From: Conidiobolus incongruus B7586 | Taxonomy: Eukaryota | DNA length: 41,476 bases | Direction: 5' to 3' | Assembly: GCA_000697335.1 (NCBI GenBank) | Contig: JNEM01008754.1 | Span: forward strand, 1-41,476 | Shown here: positions 10,349-23,444 of the stretch, one piece after another | How the letters are laid out: every line of letters begins with the position of its first letter | How positions within the stretch are numbered: position 1 is the stretch's first letter | Notes under the pieces: model-generated | Databases searched by the model: none | Told to the model about the DNA's origin: nothing | What the model saw: only the letters and a program-made list of their open reading frames with translations | Position numbers and translations under genes: made by a program

Positions 10349-13300
10349 ATGTGGCAAAAAATATTTAAAAGTAATGAAATAAAGCCAACACAAACTAATT
10401 CAAGTTTAAACTTATTAGAGCCAAAAAAGTACTTCATTATATCTGTTTAATTAATTTGACTAATTATTGAGATAGGTGGTGTGTTCCAAATTTTAAACAT
10501 CAAGATATTAGAGTCTTAATATGTCAAGATCCTGGTGACCAAAATAAAACCGCATTATTCGATTCGGACCAGTTAACTCAGGTTTCCAAAAGTATTGAAA
10601 ATGCTAAATCTAGTGATACTGCTCAAATGGAAATAAGGTAATTGAATAAAGTATGTACTATTAATGAAAATATTTTGTTAATTATTAATAGTTCCAACAC
10701 ATTCCCAACAAGTCAAAAGTCACCTTTAAGAAATCCTCGCAGATATAATTTGGGACCTATTGGAGATATGATGTTTGGAACAGTACCCATGTCATTCAAA
10801 GGCACCACCACCAAGTTGCATACAATTAACGGACCAGCACCTCAGCTACTATTAACATTATTATTTTCACTCACCACATCGGAAATTGAAGCAATATTAT
10901 CCAAATCCATAAGATCCATTCCAATAAATAATAAACTTGACAATAACATGAATTCATCATTAGCGGATTTGGGCGATCCATTGTCCTATGAATCCAAAAA
11001 TAGCGACATTACCTACTCGGACCATTCAGAAGATTCAAACATTCACGACATTTTATCCACATCTGTCGCGAGTTCTTTATCATCATTCCACAATATTCAC
11101 TTGGATAGGAGACTCAAGAAAGCTGGCAGGACTAGTTTAGAAAATGGTGCTTTTAGCCCCACCACTTTACCCAGTACCAAGCATGATGACTTTGTAATAT
11201 ATTCAAATGTATACAGTTATATTATATAATATTAAATTGAGTTTAGGGTAACATAAATCGACGTGCAAGACATACCATGTTTTCTATTGGTATCGTCATC
11301 GATATTGGCACTAATCGCCACCTTCGCGATTTCTTACACTCACATTACAGTTTGATAGAAATTAAAATTCACAAATTGTACACCTTAGCAAAAGAAATCA
11401 TTTCTAGAGAATTTGCAACCAAATCCAAATCTTCAATTGGTACAGTATCGGGCAGCAATTCCGTAAGATTATTTTGCTATGATATTTTTATATTATTTAA
11501 ATTGGATTGAGTATAGATATTTAATTCAAAGTATTCTTCATCGTCTTTGCCAGCAACTGTATTTTTAGATGCTTTTCAATTGCAGAGCAATCAAACTTTG
11601 TTGGACCAGGTAAATATATTTCGTGAAGAATTAATCAGTTTGTATACGACACCAAGAATTCAAGAGCCTCTATGGTTAAATATCTTATCACTACCTCAAA
11701 ATCGCACTACATATACAGATTCTTTGATTAAAGAATTATCCTATCTTATCTCCAATTATGATACCAAAAAAACTAATTATTTTATATCTGGACTCATTTC
11801 CAACGTTTTGAGTCATCACTTGTCATGGGTGCCAGTAGTGCCTGCGAATTCTTATAAAACAGAAGATCTCAAGACGAAACTGTCTTACAATCCTTTGTGG
11901 GCTCAACTCAGCGATTTATATGGAAATGTAGGTTGTATCTCCCAAGTCAGTAGAACAATCATTGTAGGATCTGATTCCGATCTCGTATCACGGATTTTAT
12001 TCATCCTCACATATTTTATCCGCTGCAACGAAATCGTACTCAATTCAGAAAAGTGGTCCATCGAAGATTTCAAAAATTTAAAACCTGTGGGCTATAAAGA
12101 CTCCAGCATTATATCCAGTAAAAAGTCTACCACTTCCAATTCGTCCACAAAGGGTTTGGAATTGTCTAATCTGTCCAATCCTCAAGAAGATTTGAATAAT
12201 AATGAGAATTCCGAAAATAATCAGAGTATAAGTAATATGATTAGGGATACTGAACCTAGATCTAGTAATTTTATTTGTACTTTATTAGTAATTTATTAGA
12301 TGTTTATCAATTTTTTAATATTAGATCAAGTCGATGAGGTTAAAACGACGTCACCAACATCCGATAATTTTACAAATGGCTCAGATTTTATCGAATTTAC
12401 ACTACCTCAGTAATTTTTTTTATAATTAAATATATATACCAATTCACTAATGATAATTTATAGAGGCCAATTGGTGGAAATATTTCCACCCAATTTAAAC
12501 AACAAACCATCACAACAGGCGGAGAGTGAAGAACTAGCAACTACTCCCGACGCTCAGTTTTTGTATACTAAATCTTATGGAAGATCACTCATGTCGAGTT
12601 ATTGTAATCATTATAAGCCTGATTTCGTATTGTTGGGTGTACCTCGATTCGATTTTATTGATAGTTTAGAGAATGATTTAAAAACTTCTGTTCAAGTAAC
12701 TCTAATATTATGTTTATATAGTATTTATAATTAATAATGATTATTTAGTTTTCTTATGACGAGCCAGTTAAAAAAGCTGTATGTATCGTTGCTGATACGA
12801 ATACTTGGTAACTTTAAACAACTAAAATAGCTTTGTTATAAATAATAATGATTGGTTAGGCAAACACATTTAATCGAGTATGATAGCTTCCAATCAAAGT
12901 AATATGTTATTATTCAGATAAATTAATGATATTAATATATATATATTTAGTGATAATCAATCATTTGGACAAGCTCCTGGAAGATCAGTATCTATACTCA
13001 GATCAATTCCATCTGATCACGTTCAAGAAACTTTACAGGAAACCCATCAATTGTCGCAATTTGGAATGCCTTCAGAATCTGTGAGTATAAGTGAGTGATA
13101 TTGATTCAATTTAATACTTATTGTTGATGTTAGGTTGTTCAATATTTGGAAGATCGATTGAGACAGTTGTATTATAAGAGTATATTATTATCGTCAGTAC
13201 TTAGAGAGAACCAAGATGCCTCTACTTGGGATAATACTACATTGGCTTCTTTTATAGGGTAGATCCATATCAATGATATTTAAATGATAACTATACTAAT

Positions 13301-13400
13301 TTTTATTAGGGTTCAATCCTCGGATATCAATATCATACTGTCTATTGCATCCACATATGATCCTTTAACGAAAACTATTACATCCAATTTTTCTCACTAA
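10349..13400 (+). CDS. FNIP: Folliculin-interacting protein (FNIP1/2, Lst4-like), multi-exon
   Basis: IRVLICQD, GDMMFGTVPMSFKGTTTKLH..PQLLLTLLF (FNIP_N). LYTTPRIQEPLW, SHHLSWV, YNPLWAQLSDLYG, RILFILTYFIRCNE (FNIP_M). YGRSLMSSYCNHYKPDFVLLG, AVCIVADT, YLEDRL..LYYKS (FNIP_C). ATG at 10349, TAA at 13398-13400. Confidence 0.9.
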
Positions 13401-13453
13401 TAAATTCACTATGTTCAGTGGACATTATTTAATTCATATTCATTAATTGATTT

Positions 13454-14308
13454 TTATTTTTTTGTAATTGATTTATCTTTGACTAAGCCTGATTTAATTT
13501 GAACTGTACTTGTCAGTGGTACAATCTTCTGCCAAGACTGCTGAAACGAGTTAATCGTTTTGATTTGAATGATTTCCAACTCTCTTTCCATCTTCTTGGT
13601 TTTGCTGAGATGTCTATCTCTCTCCTTCTTTAAACGCTCGTTCTTGCGCTGAATCTCAGACAATTCATTCTGTAGTTTTTTATTTTGATCTTTTGCAGCG
13701 TCTAATCTCGCCTGTTCCTGATTATCGAGAGTACGACTGATCAAGTGAACAATACGGAGTGCGTTCCACAAACGAAAAGCCATAGCAACAGTTACAATCT
13801 TTTGCAATTCTTTGAAACTGTTCTCCAGGTACATAGCTTCGATCAAACAAGATACCGACACTATGAAGAAATCCAGTATGTTCCAACCATCTTTGAAATA
13901 GATTTTAAAACCTATAAGACCAGCACGAACAATAACTTCCAAAACGAAAAAACTCAATAAACTTAAATTGGTACATAATATAGCAAACTCGATTTCGTCT
14001 ACATTATCTTCTTTCACAGTACCCTTAGCCGTAAAAATACTAATAACGAATTCTCCGATACTCAGTGCTAAATTCAGAACGACTAAACCAGACATCGTAT
14101 ATTGAAACCTCGGCGAGCAAATAAAATCACGTGCCTTCATCCTCCAACTCACGCGTTCTTCAATTTGAGGCTCTACAGCGAATAATTCCTCGTCAATAGG
14201 GATCATTGCCATACTGATTCCTCCCTTCTCGAGATCAGTTAGCGATGCATCCTTCACTGACTGAGCCTTCTTTTCCACTTCTTTCTCCTTTTGGTTAAAT
14301 AGTCTCAT
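13454..14308 (-). CDS. Voltage-gated proton channel Hv1-like protein (isolated 4-TM voltage sensor + C-terminal coiled coil), atypical
   Basis: Four hydrophobic segments: S1 GLVVLNLALSIGEF, S2 LSFFVLEVIVR, S3 WNILDFFIVSVS, S4 FRLWNALRIVH. These are followed by a long heptad-rich coiled coil, and there is no pore domain. Confidence 0.8.
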   Translation of the reverse strand: MRLFNQKEKEVEKKAQSVKDASLTDLEKGGISMAMIPIDEELFAVEPQIEERVSWRMKARDFICSPRFQYTMSGLVVLNLALSIGEFVISIFTAKGTVKEDNVDEIEFAILCTNLSLLSFFVLEVIVRAGLIGFKIYFKDGWNILDFFIVSVSCLIEAMYLENSFKELQKIVTVAMAFRLWNALRIVHLISRTLDNQEQARLDAAKDQNKKLQNELSEIQRKNERLKKERDRHLSKTKKMERELEIIQIKTINSFQQSWQKIVPLTSTVQIKSGLVKDKSITKK

Positions 14309-14870
14309 TTTGAGATTGTACTACAATACAAATTAAATTGTTATTTATTATTATGTTGATGATATATTACAACAATGTATTAATTTATATAACTTTGGTA
14401 TTTTTGTTCATAAATTTTGAATTCAAGTCACTGTACTAATTTTTATACTGAATTTAACATTGATTCAATTTGGCAAATTGGTTTTAAAATGTTTCATCAA
14501 TTTTGATATTTTGAATATTAATTTTATATCATTTTAATTAATGTTCAATTTTGTTGAAAATACTATTTAAATCATTAAAATTACATAATTTTTGATTATA
14601 AGGTTTAAGTCTATAAAATAAAAATAAAAATAAAAAATAGATTTGATTATCTTTTATTTATCTCAAATAATATATATTATTGGATCATATTTCTTATTTT
14701 AATTTTTTTAATATCATCATTTAAGTTTTAATCATCTAAAAGTATTTACTAAATTTAGAATATAAAAAAATTCCAATTTTAGAAATTAATAAAATCATTT
14801 TTTATAATTTTTGAACAATAAAATTAGCCATTAATTATACATTTCAATTTGCCAACTTTTATCCTTCAAG

Positions 14871-14883
14871 TCCCATAATTTTT
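14871..14883 (+). promoter_or_regulatory. TCCCATAATTTTT candidate promoter element
   Basis: 111 bp upstream of the SFM1 ATG. Confidence 0.4.
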
Positions 14884-14981
14884 AAATTTTGTAAATCATT
14901 AATATAGGATTAATTAACGTGCCAAAAATTATAAAAAAATTAAGTTAATTAGATTCAATTTATAGATTAATAGATCAAAAA

Positions 14982-15862
14982 ATGAAATATATAATTGAGC
15001 ATATGGAAGATGAAGTATACCCATGGTACAAAATTAAATTTACAAATATTCAAATTCAATTTATTCAACTATACAATGGTTAGGTGTAAATTGGAATATG
15101 CTCATATGGCCCAAGTGGTAGGTAGCGAGAATTTAATATTCACCAATTTGAAGGAAGGTGACTTGGACCAAATGCCACCAGAAATTAAGAAGGAAAATTG
15201 TTATTTGAAATCGGTTACTGAATTGGGCATCCCTTTCGAGAAAGTATGATACATTATTACATTGATGCTTGAATAATTTTGATTTTGTGCTCATTGTTTG
15301 TTTATTTAGATTTGCTTATTAGATCAAGAAGCTAGCTCTGTAATGCAAACTACTGATGATACTGAATACGAATATTTACTATTCGGTGGCATTTTGGGTG
15401 ATGAAGATACTATTGCTATGGAATGTTTAGTCCCGTAATTGATTGATTGATATTTAATTATCAAAACTAATTAGGATATTTAGTGACAGAGCGAGTGAAT
15501 TAAGAAAATTCAATTTTCCAAGTAATTCAATTTTTTACTTGATTTATAATGATATAATTAATATTCATTTTCCATAGCTCGTCATTTAGGTACCGCTCAA
15601 ATGACAACAGATGGAGCAGTCTTAGTGAGTAAAATCATTGTTGAGGATAAAGTCCCCTTTGAAAAAATTGAATTTATTGACCATCCCGAAATTAAATTAG
15701 GCAAAATGTAAAATTAATATGAAAATCAATGATCTAATTAATTAATAATTATATAGGGATTCTACTATCATGCCATTTAGATATGTTAAAAATGAAAAGA
15801 ATGAACCTAGAATGGCTCCTGGTATGATTGAATTGTTAAAGCAAGATCAATTCGAATTTTAG
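14982..15862 (+). CDS. SFM1: SPOUT-family methyltransferase Sfm1, multi-exon
   Basis: MKYIIEHMEDEVYPW/CKLEY, CLLD, YLLFGGILGD, DRASELR, RHLGTAQMTTDGAV, FIDHPEI, MPFRYV, MAPGMIELLK. Stop TAG at 15860-15862. Confidence 0.9.
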
Positions 15863-16036
15863 AATAAATAATTTAGGATTTTAATGAATTAAATGATAGT
15901 TTTATCGAGATTAGTTTTATATAATACATCAATTACCTAAAATAATTGGTTTTTATTAAAAAGATTTTTAAAATTAAATAAAAAATGAAAATGAAAAATT
16001 AAATCATTTTAAAAAACACCAATTTTTGAATAAAAT

Positions 16037-18874
16037 TTAATTATTGGAGGTGGTTTCTTTGATATCAGTTTCCTCAGGAGATGCATTAGTTTGTTCTGGA
16101 GATGTTTCAATCTGGTCAGCTTGTTGCTTGGTTTCAGCATTGTTTTCTTTTCCCTGGTTATTCGAACATGTAGAGTTTGTTTCATGTTCCTGTGATAATC
16201 CATTTGCGGTAACTGGAGCGGGACTAGATGTTAGAGATGAAATTTGATTAGATTTCGACAATTGATTAAGATCAAATTCTTGAGGTGAAACTAACACCAC
16301 GCCTGATGATATTTGGACGGGTCCTTGAATGAATATTTCAGAAGAAACAGGTTGATTTTGTTTATCAACAGCAGAAATTCCAAAGCCAATACAAGATGAT
16401 TCTGATCGAAGTGAAAAGTCTATACTAATTGGGAATGATGATTTAGTTTGAGCCTGTCCTAATATGGTAAAGTGAGGATGAGTGGTAGTCACTGACCAAC
16501 TTGCAGTCTGCTCAGAAGCATTCCAAGTGGCCATGGGTACAGAATATATAAGTGGTCTTTCAGACTTATTATCAATATCCAAAATCGCAGCAGTCACAAT
16601 GAATCGATCCCAAAGATATTGTGGTTTGGATTCTTGAAGGTTAAAAATAATGGATATAGAAAATTGAGTATTGTTAGAATCAGGTAGATTGTTAAATACT
16701 GAATAAACTTCCATTGGTAGAATAGATTCAAAATTATCTTGTTTTTTGATAAAGTATTGGAGTATACATGTATCTTTTCCAATGAGCTTAGAAGTATTTT
16801 TGTGGTCAAACATGTATTGTGATGGGTCTTGTAAGGATAATTCAAGATATTTCGAGGGGTAGATACTAGGTTGATGAGAATTATTTGGAATATTGATAAA
16901 TAATTCAGATAGCTGTTCTTGAGATGTTCCTGGATTAACAGTTAGATAAACCTTACCCGACACAACCAAATTCTTCAATTGGCCATTTACAATCAAGGCA
17001 TTAATGGTTTCTTCGGTTCTGGATGCTATTAATGACTGTTCATAAATTGACCTAGGAACTTCGGGAGATCCTTGAAAGGTTCTTAAAGTATAAGCAGAGA
17101 TAGGTCGTATAGCAGCAGGTCCAGTAATTGGTGAGAATTCATTATTGCCTTCAGATGGCTCAGAAAATGTGGAATGAGGCCTAGCGCCATTTGTAAAAGA
17201 TGGAATAGTTGAGTCTCTAGTACGGTCACGACGAGCTCTAGTTGAACGATATCCTGAACCTTGTTGGAGTTTGAGTGTACTTGTTACCTTACTAAAAGCG
17301 AGTGCAACGTCTTCAGGATTTTCTGTGATAGCTTTGTCTTGAATTTCAAATTGGACTTTTGGTTGTTGAATTTCAATACTACTTGCATCAGATCCCTCAT
17401 TATCACTATCAAGATGGTTTCCATTTTCGTTGGTATCATTACTAATTGAATTCTTGGGATGAGATGGTGGAATGGAGTAGCCTTCTTCATCAACTGGAAT
17501 TTCACTAATTGCTTGTGGAATTTCTAAAGAAGCGTGTGCTGATTCACGGGGTAAGCTAGAGGAAGAAGTGTTTTCTCCGCGACTGATAGTAGAGCCAAGA
17601 GTGGAGTTAGAATTCTTGCGATTTTTGAGAATCCAAGATCCAAATCCATTATCCTTACTAGTTTGTTTGCTTACATTTTGACCAAGTGAAGAGGTAGAAA
17701 CGTTCAATGTTGTATAATTACTACAGAATTCCCTCAGACATTCTTCAGCATTGATATCGTAGTTAATTTTAGAGTCTTCAACGGTCTATAAGTTAAAATA
17801 ATTAATGTAATTTAAAATCAACCTGTGTTGTCTGTTTACTTGTAAAGTTGAGCAATATAATTGGGATTGCAAATCGGCGTATTGGAAGAGAATTTGTTTT
17901 AAAGCCTCCACTCTTATTAAATCCACTTGTTCAGCTGCCTATCAATTTCAATTAATAAGAGCCAGATAGAATATGATATTTTGGACAATACCTCATAAAA
18001 CTTTTTCATTTCAGCTTCGAAAGCCACAGAAAGTTCTTCAACTGACTTATTCATTTCTTTTTTCTTTTTCTCTTCAAAAACTAATTAGCATTTGATAGAA
18101 TTAAATATATGATTGTATAATATTATTTACCAGAGGTATTCTTCCAAAACATTGTCTTTTCAGAACTTTTCGACTTCTATTTGAAATAATAAATTAATAA
18201 ACAAAATATATATTATTTAAATATTTGCTATTTACCTTTTGTATTTTTGCACTCTTTTCAGTATATTCACGGCATACTTTTAAAGCATTAGATTCAATCT
18301 AATCCAACGTTAAATTAAAATTGCTCATTAAAAATATGGATACAACAATAAAACCTACCACTTTGAATTCAGCAGGCTCAAGAGCTAGATCTGGAGAAGT
18401 TCTTAAAGGCTTTTCAATCTTAGAAGCCAACTCCGAAGCGAGCTTAGAATGATGTTTAGAAAGTTCTGACATTTCAGTTTGTAACCTTTCACATTGAAAT
18501 TGTATCGTACTAGCAATATAATAAATTTAATGAACTAATTTTATAAATTATAAACAATACTACCCAACAGATTGTCTATCCATAACAAAAGGCTTTTTAG
18601 ATAATTTTAAAAGTTGTTTAGCATATTGCTCTTCAATTAATATTCTGTATCAATTGTAGTTATATATTTGTTAATTTAAGATTGGTTAATATTTGTATAC
18701 CTCTCTTTGATCAAGTCAGCCCATTCATCATTCATAGCTTTGGCCTTTTTAAAACGCGACCTAACTATATCTAAACCGACGTTCGGTTTTTCATTCTAAT
18801 TATTATTAGTTAAAATGATTTAATAAATATTAATAAAATTAATAATTTACTGAAAAAGTTTCTAGATAACCCAT
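16037..18874 (-). CDS. SYP1: Muniscin / FCHO-Syp1 endocytic protein (F-BAR, low-complexity linker, mu-homology-like C-terminus), multi-exon
   Basis: 5' exons from ATG 18874 give MGYLETF..KPNVGLDIVRSRFKKAKAMNDEWADLIKER.LIEEQYAKQLLKLSKK (F-BAR/FCH). The large last exon has VDEEGYSIPP and a muHD-like start ASRTEETINALIVNGQLKNLVVSGKV. Confidence 0.8.
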
Positions 18875-19345
18875 ACTATAAAATTTGTCAAAAGTTTTAT
18901 TATTTTTTATATTATATCAACCAATATTAGTAATAAATGTTATATAATTATATCTGTAATTAAATTGGAATTATATTGTGAACAAATTGTAAGATTAAAG
19001 AGTTAAAATTAAGTTTAAGTGAAAGTGATAAAATTTGAAATTTAACTAAAGTGACTTAATTTTACCTCATTAGAAATTATTTATTTACTTGTATTGGGAT
19101 TTTAAGTCGGAGACAATTTAAACTTTATTTAGAGGTCATGTGAATTTCTTGGAAAATTTTCATTTCGAAATATATTAACTAAACAAAAGATAACTTATAA
19201 ATAATACTAATGGCAAATACTGTCGGAATATATAGCAATTTTAAATTTTATAATATTCAAGATTAGAATAAAAAATATATATTATTTCAAATCCCGTAGT
19301 ATATTTAAGTAGTCATATTAGATAATAAATTTGTATTAATCTGTT

Positions 19346-19415
19346 ACTCGGAATGGCCAAGTTGGAAAGTCATCATATGGCAGTCGGGATATCAGGATTC
19401 GACTCCCTCTCAGTT
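19346..19415 (+). pseudogene. Decayed tRNA gene or tRNA-derived SINE head
   Basis: A-box-like TGGCCAAGTTGG (19354-19365) and B-box-like GGATTCGACTCC (19395-19406) at tRNA-like spacing. Acceptor and anticodon stems pair only partly, so the isotype cannot be assigned. Confidence 0.45.
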
Positions 19416-20058
19416 TGATCATTTTACACACGAACATATGGCTAAGCCCTTTTGTATAAATTATTTTAAATTCGTTTATATCTCAGGTTTATTTCAGATA
19501 TCTCTTTTATTGTTATAATAAATTTATGTATTCATTTTTTTCATTGAAATTGATATTATTTTTTTATGAGTTTACTTGATGAAAACAGGATATGGTCATT
19601 ATTTTAAAACAATATTATAATTTTATTAGTACATATATGAACTCTATAAATAATGGTATACTATATAGTTATTTGAACATATAAAACCGATCATTTTTAA
19701 ATAAATACAAAATTTTTAATTTAGCCTTTTGAAAAATTATATGTTCTCTTATGATCTTAAAGGATATTTTTGTTGAAAAAAATTAGATTTAATACAATAC
19801 TTAAAATTTATTCAAAATTAACCAAGAAAATGTTTATAAATTTATTTAGAAATATTGAATAACATTTAGTATGTTATTTTAATTCTTTGAATTGATTGAA
19901 GAATGAGATATTATAAATATGCTAAAATTTTAATATATTATAATCAATCAAAAATTAAAGTTTATTTTTTAATATATGTATTTAGTTAAACTAGAAATAA
20001 GTATAATTTTGAAAGCATTTATATATAGGTATTACTATTGAAATAGTATGTAATTGCT

Positions 20059-20140
20059 TGTGGGGCACTTAGAATTGGAGATCAATCCTAAAGTGGACAC
20101 CGCTCGAGGGTGAGTCCCACATTAGACCTAATCCTTTTTT
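20059..20140. other. Isolated GC-rich multi-stem element ending in a T-run (candidate small ncRNA or TE terminus)
   Basis: TGTGGGGC/GTCCCACA outer stem, inner CACTT..AAGTG and CACC..GGTG hairpins, ATTAG-AC-CTAAT, then TTTTTT. Confidence 0.3.
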
Positions 20141-21328
20141 ATTTTATTCATTTTTGATATATAATATATATTCATTAATAATAATTTAATTATATTTATT
20201 AATATTCAATTTTGTATTTGTTTCGCAAGCTTTATTTTGAGTTTATTATTTAGTTATAATTTAAATTTATTAAATATAGTTGTAAAAAATTTCAATATAT
20301 CTAATATAAAATACAACAACTTAATAGTTTTAATAGATTCTTAATTCAAAAATTAATATTTAACCTTTTCAAATATCATTCAACAATTCAACATATAAAT
20401 AAATTGTTTTATATTAAAAAGTCAATGTATATTTCAATTCTTTTAACCAATTGTGGAATTTTTCTATTTTTCTGGATAATGTTATTATTTAAATATTCTG
20501 GTTAATATTAAAATATCTCCAAAATTTAATATCATTCTGATACGAAAATTGCTATATTATTTAATGATCTGAAGGCTCTCAACCATTTGATAGTTCCCCG
20601 TTACAATTCTGAAATCTTCAATATTGGTTAACTTTTTAAGATCCAATCATTACGAAAACTCAATATTATTCCAAGCCCGCTTCCTAATATCACGTCAGTT
20701 CTTCATTGACTTGGACCGACAATACAAAATAAAATATCTCAAACACAATTACTAAATTCATATGAACAAGACTTAACTTTATTATGTATTATACTTGTAT
20801 ATTTATAGCTTTTGGATAAAACTTGCATTAAGTGTATATCTAAAATATCCACCTTAACGAATTTTGAATACTACTTCCAGTACCATTAAACTTAATAGTT
20901 AACAATTTAATAAAATTGTTATTAATAATTAAAATATCTCCACAATATGCCATATTGAACTTTATATATTATATGCTGTAACTGTCATACCAAAAGATAA
21001 ATTAATTGAATTTTAGAAATATCAATATTAACATAAAATAACATAAAAATATATAGCTAACCGTGTGAATTATATACTTATAAGCCATCTCTCTACATTA
21101 GTTTAAATTAGGTTGGGTTTATAACTCAATAAGGTTGAAAGGAATTGTATGAAAGATAAAATTGAATATCATATAAAATATTCGAGTATAAACAAATTTT
21201 CGAATGTATAATATATATTAAATCTTAGTAAATAAGTGAAAATAAATTGATATATACCAATATATTGGATAAAATGATATATCTAGATAAATTTGATATA
21301 ATAAAAAATGGTCTATATAATCAACATA

Positions 21329-22364
21329 TTAGTTCTTGGCCTTTTTGGCGGGTTGTTCATCTTCGTCTTCTTCGTCATCGTCTTCATCATCGTGACCATT
21401 AGCTTCTTCTAAAAGTTCTTCAAGGTCATCGGGAATACCATGGAAGTAGATGGCAGCTCTGGGATATAAATCATCAGCAATAAGTTCATCCAATTCGCTA
21501 GGATATTTGCTGGTGAGGTATTGCAAGAAGTTGGCGGAACCTCCACATTCATCGTCTTCGTCATGATCGTGGTCATGGGGAGGGTTGAGGGCCTTTTCTT
21601 TCAACTAAAGTGAATAGAATAAATATGCTGCTCACTTATAATTCTCTTTATCAGATATTGTTACCTCATCAGATTTAAATTCAATCTTAGGCTCCTTAAG
21701 TTCGATGTCATCATCTTTCAAATATTGCTCTCTAACAACGGTTTGAGCTGAGAAGTATTTGTTGTCTTTGAAATGCTAATATAAAGTGTTAATCGAAAGG
21801 GATTTATATTAGTGATGGTAAATTACGAAAGAAAGCTTGACAATGGAAGGATCCTCTTCATTTCTATCAACTTCAACAGAAGTAAGGCTTTCAATAACCT
21901 ATGAAAAATTAGTTGAATATTATAGATAATTAATAATGATAGTAATGTATTACATTGACGGAAGCTTCATCCAAAAGAGATTCTAATATAATGCATTTAG
22001 TTTCAAAAAGTAAAATCTTACTAAAAATTAATATATATACCTAAAGAAGGATGATTCTTGATCTATAATACAATTAGTCATTTGTTCGAAATATAAATTT
22101 AATAATACTTACGGTCTTAATCCAGAAATCAGGAATAGTAGAGAAAATTTTGTGAACTTCGGACAAGAGAGGAGCTTGGAGCTTATTGTATTTAGCAGCT
22201 AATTCTTTTTCTTCCTTAGCTAAATATTATTATTAAATTTCCATAAATCATGGTTTTAAATTATTCTAATTACTTTGTTCGGCGTGGTAAGCTTCCAATT
22301 TAGCTTCCAATTCGTCTAATTTTTGTAATTGCTCGGGCTTTAGAACTTCGTCGATAGTAGTCAT
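21329..22364 (-). CDS. Nucleosome assembly protein (NAP1/SET/Vps75 family), multi-exon
   Basis: Long N-terminal helix, TIPDFWIKT..NHPSL, KLSF.FKDNKYFS, ELIADDLYPRAAIYF, acidic tail ending in an NLS-like PAKKAKN. ATG at 22364. Confidence 0.88.
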
Positions 22365-23300
22365 TGTGGTAATTGTATTCTTATATTCAAGATTATACAA
22401 GTGATGCAGAAAAATTGGGATAGGGATTTAATAAGTTTCAAAAAAATTTATTTTAATTTGTGGGATTATATACAAACAACATTCAATAGTAACCAATTAA
22501 ATGGGTAGTGATGTCATTTGTTATTTGATTGGTTCCTCAAAGGTTTGAGCATTTTTTTGCTTAGCTTTGGAATTATTTTGTCATTAGTTGCTTCAACTAA
22601 ATTATCTAGTTATAATTAACTTTCAAATAAATTAATCATTTACATTTCAATTTGTATTATAAAAATTTTTAATAATATCCGAAATTTTTTATTTTCAATT
22701 CAATTTATAATTATTACTATATTACAAAAATTAGAAATATGAAATCATTGCTAACTCAAATACCACTATGTTTATCACAACCAGTGTGACTTTAGCTTGA
22801 AGTTTGCATTGAAATATATATTGAACAAATTTAAAAGACGTTTAAGTTGTGATTTTAGGTTTCAAGTAATACCAACTCAAATACACCAATCTTTAATATA
22901 TTGCTAAAATTTAATAACAAATATTTCTACTTTGTATACCTAAAAATATGATATATGTTTTGTAATATATTATTTCAAAATTTATTTGCCAGAATTTAAA
23001 TCTAAATTTTCCTGATATTTATATTAAATTACTAAACAGCAATCTAACCCTTTTTCAAAGGATTATTTTATATTCAATAAATGAATAAAAATTTTCGGGA
23101 ATTTGATGAATTATTTCCAATATAATAATCATCATTTAAGTAAAACAATGTATATAGAGTAACTTCTTAATTATATCTAATTATGTAATAATTTCAAGAA
23201 ATATATATTAAATAATTTGAACAACTATTTTAATCAGAGTTGTATTGAAATTGAGGGTTGAAAAAAATGCAAAATTTAAATTGAAATCAATTTGTATCAA

Positions 23301-23314
23301 TCCCATAATTTTTT
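23301..23314 (+). promoter_or_regulatory. TCCCATAATTTTTT candidate promoter element
   Basis: 144 bp upstream of the RIX1-like ATG. Confidence 0.4.
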
Positions 23315-23444
23315 CACTTTAATTTTAAACATAAATTGATAAAAATAGAAAATCTAATTAAAATCTGTAATTTAATAATTTAAAATAATTTAAATATAAA
23401 AAATATTAGCAAATTGTATTACTGTAAATGATCAAAAACTCATA

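Noticed and set aside
20560..20900. Slightly GC-richer stretch that may be a coding remnant on the minus strand
   Set aside because: Many stops and no family motif I can support.
23253..23270. GAGGGTTGAAAAAAATG resembles the inferred mariner terminal repeat
   Set aside because: Short and A-rich, with no partner repeat or internal element sequence nearby; may be chance.
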